From Endomicrobiales bacterium (lineage in GTDB: Bacteria; Elusimicrobiota; Endomicrobiia; Endomicrobiales; CAWCFT01), in the NCBI GenBank assembly GCA_963794945.1, contig CAWCFT010000015.1:96001-160000 (forward strand): a DNA stretch of 64,000 nucleotides. The letters run 5' to 3'. The notes under the pieces are model-generated. The model was not told the DNA's origin. It saw only the letters and a list, made by a program, of their open reading frames with translations, and did no database searches. A program made the position numbers and the translations under genes. This document shows positions 32,169-41,806 of the stretch, piece after piece. Numbering within the stretch: the first letter of the stretch is position 1; every line of letters starts with the position of its first letter.

Positions 32169-32831
32169 CTACTCCCTATAAGTAAACTCGAAATATACGC
32201 CCAGGTCGTTCTCCGCGTAGCCTTCGGGAAGCGGAGGGAACGGGCTCGCCATCTTTACCGCCCTCATCGCCTGCTCGTCAAAAAGCTGGTCGCCGGACGA
32301 GTCCTTGAGCGACACTTCCGAAACGCTGCCGTCCTTAAGTATCTTGAAATAGACAACGCTTTTGAGCTTGCCGAACTCATTTGCCCACTGCCAGTACCTG
32401 CCTATCTTCCTTACAATAAGGTTAGTGTAATAAGCGTAAGGGAACCGCGTCATATCGACGCTTATCGAACCCGAATAGCCCGACGCCTGGGCTTTAGGCG
32501 CGGCCTGCTGGGGCTGCGCAGGCTGGGATTGAGGCTTGGCCTGCTGGCTCTCTTCCGGCTGAGGCTTTTTTGGGATCGGTATATCCTTGGCCTTGCTGAT
32601 CTTTTTAGGGATCGCTATCTCTTTCTCTTTTTTCTTTATCTCAGCTTTCGGCGCCGGCGCCTGGATCTTTGCTTCTTTCGCTGTGTTTTCTTCCGCAGGC
32701 GGAGTGTTGAGCAGGAGGTCGATAGGCATCACTATGTACATCGAGCGTTTAGAATTGATTCCGAACACCGCAAAGAGGGTAACGTGTATGACGAGCGACA
32801 GGGCTAGAAAAACCTTAAAATCATTTTCCAT
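32169..32831 (-). CDS. TolA/TonB family protein
   Basis: SLVIH TM motif, K/P/Q-rich linker, SSGD..FD..A..AV..ASPFPPLP C-domain; start MENDF. Confidence 0.85.
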   Translation of the reverse strand: MENDFKVFLALSLVIHVTLFAVFGINSKRSMYIVMPIDLLLNTPPAEENTAKEAKIQAPAPKAEIKKKEKEIAIPKKISKAKDIPIPKKPQPEESQQAKPQSQPAQPQQAAPKAQASGYSGSISVDMTRFPYAYYTNLIVRKIGRYWQWANEFGKLKSVVYFKILKDGSVSEVSLKDSSGDQLFDEQAMRAVKMASPFPPLPEGYAENDLGVYFEFTYRE

Positions 32832-33543
32832 CGGAACCGGGGACATTGAGCTTTTCGCGGGCAGTGGCGGATTCGGCGCTGTTGGGGAAATCCCTAACGA
32901 GAGTTTGGAGGAGTTCACGCGATTCTTTGACTTTTCCCAAAAGCTCCAGGCACAGGGCTTTTTTAAGGCGCGCCGGGGCCGCCTGGTCGCTTTTCGGGTA
33001 ATTTTTTTCTACAAGATCGAACTGATCATACGCGTTCTGCCAGCTGCTCTGCGAGTAGTAGCACTCGCCGAGATAGTACTGGGCGAGGTTCGCGAGCTCG
33101 CCGGTCGGGTATTTATCGATATAAGACTTGAAACCCACTATGGCTATATCATATTTACCGCTTGAGAAATCGCTGTAGGCTAGGCGGTACATCTCTGAAG
33201 GGGGCGGCGGAACTTTGAGGGCGGTGCCGGAGAGTTGTTCGAATAGCTTGTTCATCCTGCTGGACATCGTTGACTCGACGTCGTCAAGCCTCTGGCCCAG
33301 AAGCGACATCCTGTTCTGAGTTTCCTGCAGCTGAGAGCTCAAAGGCCCGAGTTGCGCGGACAGGTTATCCATTTTAACCGAAAGATCGGCCTGGTTGCGC
33401 TGGACCTCATTAAGCTTGAGCTGGAGCTCGTGCATGTCGTCGCGAATGCCAAGCATCTCATCGGATGTAGCAAGGCAGCCGGATAGCGACACAGCCGCGA
33501 CGCCGCACATGAGCAAGCTTAAGATCCTGATTTTCTTTTTCAT
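32821..33543 (-). CDS. cpoB: Tol-Pal system protein CpoB/YbgF (lipoprotein)
   Basis: LSGC lipobox, coiled coil, TPRs (AQYYLGE); adjacent to pal. Confidence 0.85.
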   Translation of the reverse strand: MKKKIRILSLLMCGVAAVSLSGCLATSDEMLGIRDDMHELQLKLNEVQRNQADLSVKMDNLSAQLGPLSSQLQETQNRMSLLGQRLDDVESTMSSRMNKLFEQLSGTALKVPPPPSEMYRLAYSDFSSGKYDIAIVGFKSYIDKYPTGELANLAQYYLGECYYSQSSWQNAYDQFDLVEKNYPKSDQAAPARLKKALCLELLGKVKESRELLQTLVRDFPNSAESATAREKLNVPGSDGK

Positions 33544-33552
33544 TTATACGGG

Positions 33553-34059
33553 TTATTGCTGTTTGTTGCGTATCTTGGTCTCGGCGCGCCTGTTCTTTGC
33601 CCATGCTTCATCGTTGTGCCCGGGATCTACAGGCTTTTCGCTGCCGTAAGAAATAGTGCCTATCTGAGCGAGCGGAACACCAAGTTCGCCATAATACTGC
33701 CTGACCGCGGCCGCGCGTTTCTGTCCGAGCGCGAGATTATAAGCCACAGTGCCGCGTTCGTCGCAATGGCCTTCAACGAGCGCTATCATGTCGGGGTTGG
33801 CCGCGAGGTAATCCGCGTTCTTCTTCAGCACGTCCCTGTCATCGGCGCGCAACTCATATTTATCAAAATCGAAATGTACAGCTTCCAGCTGGGGCACTGT
33901 CGTCCAATCCGTGTACCTTACTGAGGGCTCTTCTTTGGGCGCTTCCACTTTGGGAGGCGGAGGAGGAGGAGTTTCGGTAACCGTAGGCTTTATTATCTGC
34001 TTCTTGGCACAACCGAAAATAAGGAACAACACAGTAAAGATAAGTATCGTTTTCTTCAT
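33553..34059 (-). CDS. pal: Peptidoglycan-associated lipoprotein
   Basis: IFGC lipobox, HFDFDK, EGHCDERG..YNLALG, ISYG.EKP, AWAKNRRAE. Confidence 0.93.
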   Translation of the reverse strand: MKKTILIFTVLFLIFGCAKKQIIKPTVTETPPPPPPKVEAPKEEPSVRYTDWTTVPQLEAVHFDFDKYELRADDRDVLKKNADYLAANPDMIALVEGHCDERGTVAYNLALGQKRAAAVRQYYGELGVPLAQIGTISYGSEKPVDPGHNDEAWAKNRRAETKIRNKQQ

Positions 34060-34093
34060 TTTTCTACCCCTTTTTGTATCAGATTTCTATAAT

Positions 34094-34122
34094 ATTCTAT
34101 CTAATATTGCGACGGGTGTCAA
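34094..34122 (-). promoter_or_regulatory. Sigma70-type promoter upstream of pal
   Basis: TTGACA-17 bp-TAGAAT on the minus strand. Confidence 0.7.
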
Positions 34123-34142
34123 ACTTAAGGCGCATCCGGTTT

Positions 34143-34898
34143 TCAGAGCTTCAACTTGCCGAACGCCCATGTCCCGACTAGTATACAGGCCGTGTCGAAC
34201 CCAAGGAGGACAAATATGTCAGCCGTGATCGGCATTGAAGAGGCGCCTATGATAATGCTTCTTAAACCGTCAACCGCGTAGGTGGCCGGATCAATATGAG
34301 TTAGAACTTTCATCCAGGGCGGCAGTTTGTCGAGAGGGTAAAGTGCCCCCGACAGCAAAAAAAGCGGGTATATGACAAAACTTGAAATTATGCCAAACCC
34401 TTCTAGGCTTTCCATGAAAGAACCGATTATAAGGCCCATGCTTACAAGCCCCGCCGCAAGCAGGAAAAGCATTCCCATACTTAACACTACGCTTCTTACG
34501 GTCAACGGCACACCCAGTATAATGCCTATTAGAAGCAGTATATACGACTGCAGCAACGCGTCCGTCATCCCGCCCGCCATCTTGCCAATGAATATGGTTG
34601 TCCTTGAAGGCGGTGAAATAAGGACTTCTTTTAGAAAATCTATCTTCTTATCCCAAACTATATAGGCCCCGTTGAAGAGAGCCGTGAAAATCACTGTCAT
34701 GGCAAGGAAGCCCGGGAAGATGAAATGCTTGTAGTTGCCGGGCACGTTGCTTATAGTGCTCACGCCTCCGCCAAAAATAAAATACCAGAAAAGCGGCAGG
34801 AACAAGGCGGACACAACCCTGCTTTTTTCCCTGGTAAAAACCTTAAATTCCCGGTACCGAACCGCGTATATGCCTTTTAGGGCCTTTTTTATCTTCAT
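34143..34898 (-). CDS. ABC-2 type transporter permease
   Basis: FIFPG, FLKEVLISP, LSGALYP, P.TYAVDGLR. Confidence 0.9.
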   Translation of the reverse strand: MKIKKALKGIYAVRYREFKVFTREKSRVVSALFLPLFWYFIFGGGVSTISNVPGNYKHFIFPGFLAMTVIFTALFNGAYIVWDKKIDFLKEVLISPPSRTTIFIGKMAGGMTDALLQSYILLLIGIILGVPLTVRSVVLSMGMLFLLAAGLVSMGLIIGSFMESLEGFGIISSFVIYPLFLLSGALYPLDKLPPWMKVLTHIDPATYAVDGLRSIIIGASSMPITADIFVLLGFDTACILVGTWAFGKLKL

Positions 34899-34905
34899 TT
34901 ATACC

Positions 34906-35865
34906 TCAACTTCTGGCGCTGCTTACATCGCGCATATAACCGCCTGTCTCTTCTTCTTCCCTCATCTCCCGGCCTGTGTAATGCAGGAACACATCGTTGA
35001 GGTCGGGAGAATGGACTTCAACAAAATCCACCGAACCTGCATCGCAAAGCAAAGCCTGGAGGTTCTTCGCGGCATTCTGTATGGAAAGCCGGCAGCCCTC
35101 CGGAGATTCCTTGATCTCTTTTACGAACGCTAGCTGTTTGATCTTGTTAAAATCGATGGCGCCCTTCAAAAGCACGGTGTCGCCGCCCAGCCCTCGGATA
35201 AGGTTTTGAGGCGAATCCAGCGCTACTATCCTGCCGTGGTCGACTATCGCTATCCTTGTGCAGAGCTTCTCGGCCTCTTCCATATAGTGCGTCGTGAGGA
35301 CTATAGTCATGCTCGCCTTATCTGCGAGCGATTTGATGTATTGCCAGACGTGGGCTCTTGTTTGCGGGTCTAGCCCGAGAGTCGGCTCGTCTAAAAAAAA
35401 TACCTGCGGCTGGTGGAGGAGGCCACGTGCTATCTCCATTCTGCGCCTCATGCCGCCAGAAAAGTTCTTGACTAGGTCATGTTTTCTCTTTTCAAGATCG
35501 ACAAGCGTTAGCACTTCATCTATTTTGGAATCGATTAATTTCATCGGCACATCGTACAAAAGCGCGTGGAGCTTGAGGTTCTCGTAAGCTGAGAGCACCC
35601 TATCCGAACTCGGGTCCTGAAAAACCATCCCTATCGACTCCCTCACACGCATTGGCTCTTTGAGGACGTCAAAACCGTTTATGAACGCTGTGCCGGATGT
35701 CGGCTTGAGCAGGGAAGAGAGCATCATGAGGGTAGTCGTCTTGCCCGCCCCGTTCGGGCCCAGCAGGCCGAATATCTCACCCTTTTTCACTGTGAGGTCT
35801 ATGCCGTCCACCGCGATCAGATCGCCGTATCGTTTGGTCAGTTTAGATGTTACAATGGTTTCCAT
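34906..35865 (-). CDS. ABC transporter ATP-binding protein (DrrA-like)
   Basis: GPNGAGKT, FSGGMRRR, LDEPT, TTHYMEEA; start METIV. Confidence 0.93.
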   Translation of the reverse strand: METIVTSKLTKRYGDLIAVDGIDLTVKKGEIFGLLGPNGAGKTTTLMMLSSLLKPTSGTAFINGFDVLKEPMRVRESIGMVFQDPSSDRVLSAYENLKLHALLYDVPMKLIDSKIDEVLTLVDLEKRKHDLVKNFSGGMRRRMEIARGLLHQPQVFFLDEPTLGLDPQTRAHVWQYIKSLADKASMTIVLTTHYMEEAEKLCTRIAIVDHGRIVALDSPQNLIRGLGGDTVLLKGAIDFNKIKQLAFVKEIKESPEGCRLSIQNAAKNLQALLCDAGSVDFVEVHSPDLNDVFLHYTGREMREEEETGGYMRDVSSARS

Positions 35866-35872
35866 AGTTTTT

Positions 35873-36526
35873 TCAGAGCCAGTTATTTTCTTTCCAGAAT
35901 TGATATTCAGCAGGCCAATCTTCTTTTCTGAACCCGATGATCCGCTTGAAGCTCTCTTTGCCGGCATTGATGGAACCCTGCTGGTCAGCGAATATATTTT
36001 TGTCTTTTATCGCGTTTACAAGCGCCACTCCGAGCCCGCGCGCTTCGCCATTTTTCTTTTCATCCACAGGAACCCCGGATGACACCCCGCCCGCGTACTG
36101 CGCCCCGCAAGAGTTGCTGTAATGTTTTATATAGTCGAGGACTTCCTTGTTCTGCCCGCTGCCGGAGGTAACTACTCCGGCGATATATTTACCCAGAAGC
36201 CGCTTGCAATGGATAAAATGGGAGGAGCGGTCGAAGAGGGCCTTCATGGAGGCTGTGACCTGGTTAATGTAGTTCGGGCTCGCGAATATTATGCCGTCCG
36301 CGGCAAGCATTTTGTCGAGTATTCCCGAAACATTGTCCCTTATCGGGCACTTCATGATCTTTTTGTGGCACATCTCGCACTGCCTGCAAAATTCTATTTT
36401 GTTATCGCATAGATGTATGACCTCGGAATTTACTCCGGATCCAAGCCCTTTCAATACTTCGTTCGCTAGAGCTGAAGTCCTGCTCTCGGACTTGCGCGGG
36501 CTTGATGTGATCAGTAATATATTCAT
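35873..36526 (-). CDS. Flavodoxin family / iron-sulfur flavoprotein
   Basis: SSPRK, CRQCEMC...CPIRD, ADGIIFASPNY. Confidence 0.88.
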   Translation of the reverse strand: MNILLITSSPRKSESRTSALANEVLKGLGSGVNSEVIHLCDNKIEFCRQCEMCHKKIMKCPIRDNVSGILDKMLAADGIIFASPNYINQVTASMKALFDRSSHFIHCKRLLGKYIAGVVTSGSGQNKEVLDYIKHYSNSCGAQYAGGVSSGVPVDEKKNGEARGLGVALVNAIKDKNIFADQQGSINAGKESFKRIIGFRKEDWPAEYQFWKENNWL

Positions 36527-36547
36527 TTTACCTCCGGCACAATTTTT

Positions 36548-37268
36548 TTACTTATACCATTTTAGCATCTTCACGGCAACGCCTTTGTCGCCTGATACAA
36601 GTTGTTTGAACTTGTTTACATCGGCAAAACCGTTCTTCTGCCTGTAGTGGTACGGGAACACCACCCGCGGCCTGAACGCCAGAACAGCCAAGGCCGCCTG
36701 ATCAACCGACATTGTGTAGGGCAGGTTCATGCAAACAAAAGCGTAGTCGATATTTTTTAAGGCCCTCATCTCCGAAATATCTTCTGTGTCTCCGGAAATG
36801 TATATTCTTTTACCCGAGACGGTAACGATATAACCATTGCCGACACCTTTGGGATGGTTCTGCAGACCTATCCGGAGTGATATTGTAAGCGGGGACAGCC
36901 TCGATCTTGATACCGGCCACTTCTTTGCTTGCACCGTTGTTGAGGGCCTGGCCGTATGAAAGCTGGCCTATAACAATTTTTGGGCCGATGACTATAGTAT
37001 TTTGTTTTTTTAATGCTGCAATAAGGTTTTTATCAAAGTGGTCAAAATGTTCATGCGTGACCAGAATTATATCCGGCGACTTGAAATTCTCATAACTCTT
37101 CGCGTCTCCGGTAGGGTCAACGTAAACCGCAGCGCCGCCGGCCAGTATAACAAAACTCGCGTGAGAGATAGGTACAAAATCGATATCCGCCGCACCGCCC
37201 TGCACCTCGATCCCGCTCATCCCGAACATAACCGCTCCGCAAAATAACATTTTAAATATCTTTTTCAT
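36548..37268 (-). CDS. MBL-fold metallo-hydrolase (frameshift near 36870)
   Basis: HAS, YVDP, THEHFDH, VPAYN, YISGDTED, MNLPYTM, PYHY. Confidence 0.88.
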
Positions 37269-37309
37269 ACAGCCCCCGTTATTCAATCAGTAATTTTTCA
37301 TTATGGTTT

Positions 37310-38017
37310 TCACAGAAAACAGTGGGACACGACCTGTATATCTTTGCGGTTAATGTTTATCACTTTGCATCCGAACGAGTTGACTACAGTGGTTGAGTCA
37401 ACTAAAGTGATCTGGTTGGTATACTGGTTTTGAAGGTGTACGTGACCGTGAAGCCACAAAAGCGGTGATACCTTTTCTATGAAACCCTTAAAGCACTTGA
37501 AACCCCTGTGAGGCCTGTCGGAAAGGTCGTGAACCGCCAGTATGGGCGCGTGCGAGACCACTATGACTTCCCTTTGCGGCCGCCGCATGAATTTATCCTG
37601 AAGGTGCTGCCACGTGATAGCCCGTTCTACGCTTTTGACTACCTTGGCCATCTCCGCTTCAGTGTACTGATTCTCTTCTCCATTGTACCATATGGAACCG
37701 CCGAAGCCTGCGAATATATAATCCTTGTAGACCTCCACCCTTCCGTGCAGGTCGGCATAGCCCGCTATGTACTTTATGCTTCTTAGCGAGAATGCCAGTT
37801 TCTCCGGCTCGAAATACTCGCCGCTGTTCTCCAGCGGATGGTTGCCCCTGATAAAGAACAGGTCGCGGCCGATGCCGTCCACGAGGTATTCCAGGTACTC
37901 GGTGTCGAGGTCTCCGCAGGAAACTATGACTTCTATATCGCCGAACTTTTTAGGATCGTTCGCGATCAATGTCTCCAGGCTGCGGCTCGGTTCATCCGAA
38001 ACTGCGAGGATCTTCAT
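37310..38017 (-). CDS. Calcineurin-like metallophosphoesterase
   Basis: AVSD, SCGDL, RGNH, VSHAP, LHGHVH. Confidence 0.88.
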   Translation of the reverse strand: MKILAVSDEPSRSLETLIANDPKKFGDIEVIVSCGDLDTEYLEYLVDGIGRDLFFIRGNHPLENSGEYFEPEKLAFSLRSIKYIAGYADLHGRVEVYKDYIFAGFGGSIWYNGEENQYTEAEMAKVVKSVERAITWQHLQDKFMRRPQREVIVVSHAPILAVHDLSDRPHRGFKCFKGFIEKVSPLLWLHGHVHLQNQYTNQITLVDSTTVVNSFGCKVININRKDIQVVSHCFL

Positions 38018-38074
38018 CGATATCCTTTAACCGTTTGAAAGTTCCGGTGCAGCGTTAAATAACGGCCTTCGCTG

Positions 38075-38953
38075 TCACTGAACTTTTGGCAGATACCTGA
38101 CCTTTAATTCCTGTTTAATTCCCTGAACGATCTCTCTTATAACCGGGGGCACAAGATCATAGAATTTAGTTTTCCTGTATTTCTTGAGAAAATCCTCTTT
38201 AGTAAAATCAAAACCGACATCATGCCCGGCTTTCTGGCTGAGGAAGTACTTGTGCTGCTGTATCCAGAGGTAGAGGTCCGTGTAAGTACGGCTGGGGAAC
38301 CTGTCTAGTATATTCTCTTCGATTATTATCTTGACCGCCGGCAGGAACCTCGTCTCGTACCAGAGAAGGCTGGCATAGACAATAGCTTTTTTAGCAAGCT
38401 CACCGTTATTGTAGTTCCTTTTGAAATCAAGTATCTCTTCATAAAGCTTGCTGAAACTCGTGAGGTCGGTGACCTTGAGAGGATAAACCAGTATTTCGTT
38501 ATTGAGGAATGTGTTTTTCATGAAAGCATCCTCTTCGAGCCTTATGAGAAACCTTTTGGCATGTTCGGTGTCATAAGTATATTTTTTATCGGGTGAAAGC
38601 CCGATATCGAAGTGGATTTCAGTAACTTCGGCGTCGATCGCCGCGGCATTAAGCTCTTTTTTGGCTACGGTTACCCTGTGGTGGCCATCTATGACAAAGT
38701 AGCTGTCGAATATCTGATAGACCTTGATAGGCGGAAGGATCTTACCCCCCATCATCGCATCCTTTACATTCTCGTACTTGGGGCTTATCCTGTTGTTCTG
38801 GGGCAGGAACTCATCATTAAAATCGTTGTACCGGCCGAGACTGCCCACGATCTTTTCAATGGGGATAGCCTCAACACCCTTGAACTTCTGGTGAGTATGT
38901 TCCAGATTTTTTTCGATGGTATCAAAATCGATCAGCTTATTTGTTTCTTCCAT
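38075..38953 (-). CDS. ParB/Srx-fold protein (DUF4032-like)
   Basis: KIVGSLGRYNDF, LPPIKVY, YFVIDGHHRV, RTYTDLYLWI. Confidence 0.8.
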   Translation of the reverse strand: MEETNKLIDFDTIEKNLEHTHQKFKGVEAIPIEKIVGSLGRYNDFNDEFLPQNNRISPKYENVKDAMMGGKILPPIKVYQIFDSYFVIDGHHRVTVAKKELNAAAIDAEVTEIHFDIGLSPDKKYTYDTEHAKRFLIRLEEDAFMKNTFLNNEILVYPLKVTDLTSFSKLYEEILDFKRNYNNGELAKKAIVYASLLWYETRFLPAVKIIIEENILDRFPSRTYTDLYLWIQQHKYFLSQKAGHDVGFDFTKEDFLKKYRKTKFYDLVPPVIREIVQGIKQELKVRYLPKVQ

Positions 38954-39115
38954 TTTACCCTGCCATGCCCGAGATCGGTAATCTTAATGCCTTTGTACAC
39001 CCGGAGAGAGTGTCAGTTAAGTCTCTGGCAAATTCGCTTTGTTTACGGGATACTTCTTTATTTGAATCTTTCTGATGCCCGCATTATATGATATTTACTG
39101 AAAAAATGTAACTTA

Positions 39116-39201
39116 TGCCGGGGGAGGGAATTGAACCCTCACGCCCCTTGCGAAGCTCAGGATTTTAAGTCCTGTGCGTCTGCCAGTTCCGCCACCCCGG
39201 C
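39116..39201 (-). tRNA. tRNA-Leu(TAA), intact copy
   Basis: GCCGGGG-TGGCGGAACTGGCAGACGCA-CAGGA-CTTAAAA-TCCTG, long variable arm, GAGGGTTCAATTCCCTC-CCCCGGC-A. Confidence 0.96.
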
Positions 39202-39204
39202 ACT
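39161..39204. repeat. att core direct repeat, copy 1 (44 bp)
   Basis: gattttaagtcctgtgcgtctgccagttccgccaccccggcact, identical to 49264-49307. Confidence 0.95.
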
Positions 39205-39209
39205 ATATA

Positions 39210-40304
39210 CTAATTCATTCTATTTTCAATCGCTTTTAATTCAACCGGGATTTTTACGTTTTCAGAAGTTTGTCTAAAGTTTGTTTGTTCGCTTCTTTTT
39301 TCGTAAAAAGCAGACAGCTTATTAAGGCTGTTTATTTCTTCCCTTTTTGAATCCGGCGATAAATGTGCGTAATACTTCTCAGTAATCATTACGCTTGAAT
39401 GCCCAAGCCATTTACAAACCTGAAACACGTCCACGCTTGCCATTACTAACTGGCTCGCAAAGGTATGCCTGAAATCGTGAAACCTGAAATCCTTAATCCC
39501 AAGTTCCCTGAATTTAGCCATAAACTTATGCGAAACATGGCAAGGGTGTAAAATGCCAAATACAAGCTCATCATCCGGCTTCCCTTCTCCGTAAAGCCTC
39601 AGCAATAGATCATAAAGCACATTGCTTACGGGTATATGCCTTGATTTACCTGATTTGCTCTTAGGAATAAATATATCTCTTAAGGGCAAAGTAACATCTT
39701 TCCACTTCACCCCGCAAAGCTCCCTAAGCCTCATTCCTGTATGCAAAGCACCCACGAAATAAGGGTATAAGCTCGTATTTGTTAGATTTGCCTCAAGCGA
39801 TTGTATCTCAGCCTTATTTAAGAACCTGATATGAGCATTCGGCTCTCTTTTCAGCTTTACCCCGTTTGCCGGATTAAAGCCCTCAAACCTCTGCCAGATA
39901 ATCATTTTATTAAACATAGCTTTTACAAGCGAATGATACCTGTCAGCTGTTGAGTTAGTCAGCCCTTTGCCTACCAAATGGCTTCGCATATGCTGAATAT
40001 CAAGGGGTGTAAAATCAATTAACCGCTTTTTCCCGAATAATCGGCAAAGATACTCTGCTTTACTCAAATCTATTTTCCAAGATTGCTCTGATTTGTTTGG
40101 CTTGGAATGATTTTCAATGAACAAGTGGACAGCTTCTTTAAAAGTAATCTCACTGCCCTTGCCTGAACCCCTTCCGAGTTCAAGCCTTTTTGTTGCCTCA
40201 AACTTTATAGCCTGTTCTCTGGACTTAAACCTTTTTCTGTACCTCTTTCCCAACTGCCAAAAGTCATAAGCCCAAGTGCTATTTGAAGTGCGAAGAATAC
40301 TCAT
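39210..40304 (-). CDS. Tyrosine recombinase / phage integrase
   Basis: HTGMRLREL (R), SKSGK (K), FHDFRHTFAS (HxxR), LGHSS, YYAH (Y). Confidence 0.95.
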   Translation of the reverse strand: MSILRTSNSTWAYDFWQLGKRYRKRFKSREQAIKFEATKRLELGRGSGKGSEITFKEAVHLFIENHSKPNKSEQSWKIDLSKAEYLCRLFGKKRLIDFTPLDIQHMRSHLVGKGLTNSTADRYHSLVKAMFNKMIIWQRFEGFNPANGVKLKREPNAHIRFLNKAEIQSLEANLTNTSLYPYFVGALHTGMRLRELCGVKWKDVTLPLRDIFIPKSKSGKSRHIPVSNVLYDLLLRLYGEGKPDDELVFGILHPCHVSHKFMAKFRELGIKDFRFHDFRHTFASQLVMASVDVFQVCKWLGHSSVMITEKYYAHLSPDSKREEINSLNKLSAFYEKRSEQTNFRQTSENVKIPVELKAIENRMN

Positions 40305-40534
40305 TTTATATACTCCTCGCCCTTCACCTGTCCATTATTATAACATTTTTCAATGCCAAATGGAACATACGTTTTAGCCTCTATCCATCTTTCAATTAAG
40401 CCCGTGTCAAACCTCAGCCTATTGCCTATTTTGGTATATGGTATCTGCTTTCTGTATACCAGATCATAAATAGACGCTATTTTAAGGTTTAAATAGCTTG
40501 ATAATTCAGTAATGTTTAATAGCCGTTTTTCCAT
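40301..40534 (-). CDS. Excisionase-like HTH protein
   Basis: LLNITELSSYL...IY.LV...IPY.KIG..LRF; overlaps the integrase start. Confidence 0.85.
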   Translation of the reverse strand: MEKRLLNITELSSYLNLKIASIYDLVYRKQIPYTKIGNRLRFDTGLIERWIEAKTYVPFGIEKCYNNGQVKGEEYIK

Positions 40535-40562
40535 AAAACCTTAGCAAAACTTAGCATCCTGC

Positions 40563-41142
40563 TTACTTTAAAAACTTAGACATTTTGAATATTTTGTACA
40601 TAAATCGCCAATCGCTTAAGTTAGATTGTTCCACAAAGTAACCGTGCCTATCTACCAAATAATCAAACGTTTTTTGCCTCAGTATATTTTGGTTTGTAAA
40701 AATATTCCTTTCCCTTAATTTTCTTTATCTTCAACTTATTAGCTATTATTTCTGCTCTCCATGAATATACATTCGCCAAGTTCCGTTTTCGTCTCTGCTC
40801 ATAAGTCAAATCATAACAAGCCCTACATTTCCAAGCCTGCACTCTTACGCCGTTACAGTATAAATTTGTAGGCAAGTACAACCTTCCAACTCTCCGGTAA
40901 CAATGAGGGCAATTATACCAAAGCCTTGTATTGCCATAGTTACATGGAGTTTTTGTCAAAGTGATTTCTTGTAAATTCTTAGTTCCATCCCTTTTATGCT
41001 CAATTACAGCCTTCCCGTTTTTGTCCTCATACCATTTAACTTTAAAGTTAGGATCATCTTCGCCATGCATAGCCCAGATAAAATCCCCCCAGACTGATAA
41101 AGAATGGCAATTCTCAACTGATACATGCCTCAGATAAGCCAT
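40563..41142 (-). CDS. Zn-finger protein of integrative elements (probable frameshift near 40683)
   Basis: TPCNYG..RLWYNCPHC.RRV.RLY...CRAC..L.Y; shifted frame continues KPKYMRQKTFDYL to TAA at 40563. Confidence 0.65.
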
Positions 41143-41270
41143 AAGTACACCTTTTTTCCGTTTTTGCCATAAATCAATAAGCTATTTATTCTTTTTGAAC
41201 GTTCTGAAATTCTATTTTCAACTTGCTTATTAGTTCAAATCACTCTTAAAGCTAGAAAAAACTCTTTAAA

Positions 41271-41450
41271 ATGTTAACTTTTGTTAACATCTAAGCCTCT
41301 CTTAAAGCGTAACGAAACTCTTTGTAAAAAGTCTAGTTTTGTCTAGTAGTTAACTTTTCTTTAGCTTCCCAAATAATAACTTTTAATAACTACCCAAATA
41401 CTAACTTTTACTAACACTCAAGCCTCTTTTTATAGCGTTGGAAAATCTTT
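41271..41450. repeat. Cluster of hexamer-TTTT-hexamer dyads and degenerate tandem repeats
   Basis: GTTAAC-TTTT-GTTAAC, GTCTAG-TTTT-GTCTAG, AATAAC-TTTT-AATAAC, ACTAAC-TTTT-ACTAAC. Confidence 0.75.
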
Positions 41451-41541
41451 CGCCTGTTATAGGCACACAAAAAATATTTATCAGATCCGCTACAATGACG
41501 TTTTTTAAAGAAATTAAGCCCTGAATACAGAGATAATGAAA

Positions 41542-41784
41542 TTATACGCTGGATACCCTATTTGTTGAGATTTGAGCCTTGATACTATCAATGTGCCTAT
41601 TGTTCAAAAGCTTTAAATCTGTCCGCTTAACCTTCTTTTCCGGTTTACCAAGCCTAAAACGATACAAAGAGCATTTTGGATCAGTGCAGAGCCTTACATC
41701 TTCACTGCTATTATTCACGCAAGCAAGACACTGCTTTCTAATCGCTTTCCATAACTCACTTTTTGAAACCTGTACTTTTGGCAT
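41542..41784 (-). CDS. Small Cys-rich phage-type protein
   Basis: AIRKQCLAC...VRLC...CSLYRFRLGK; GAGG RBS. Confidence 0.7.
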   Translation of the reverse strand: MPKVQVSKSELWKAIRKQCLACVNNSSEDVRLCTDPKCSLYRFRLGKPEKKVKRTDLKLLNNRHIDSIKAQISTNRVSSV

Positions 41785-41806
41785 TTGACACCTCTAAATC
41801 GTATAA

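Noticed and set aside
259..38038. Numerous opposite-strand ORFs of 60-220 aa in the ORF track
   Set aside because: Antisense shadows of well-supported genes, with no recognisable motifs
38955..39080. Possible riboswitch in the leader of the ParB-fold gene
   Set aside because: Weak pairing only; no match to the c-di-GMP, ZTP, fluoride or guanidine consensus motifs as I know them
41271..41450. Possible CRISPR array
   Set aside because: Repeats are short, degenerate and lack unique regular spacers; no cas genes in the window
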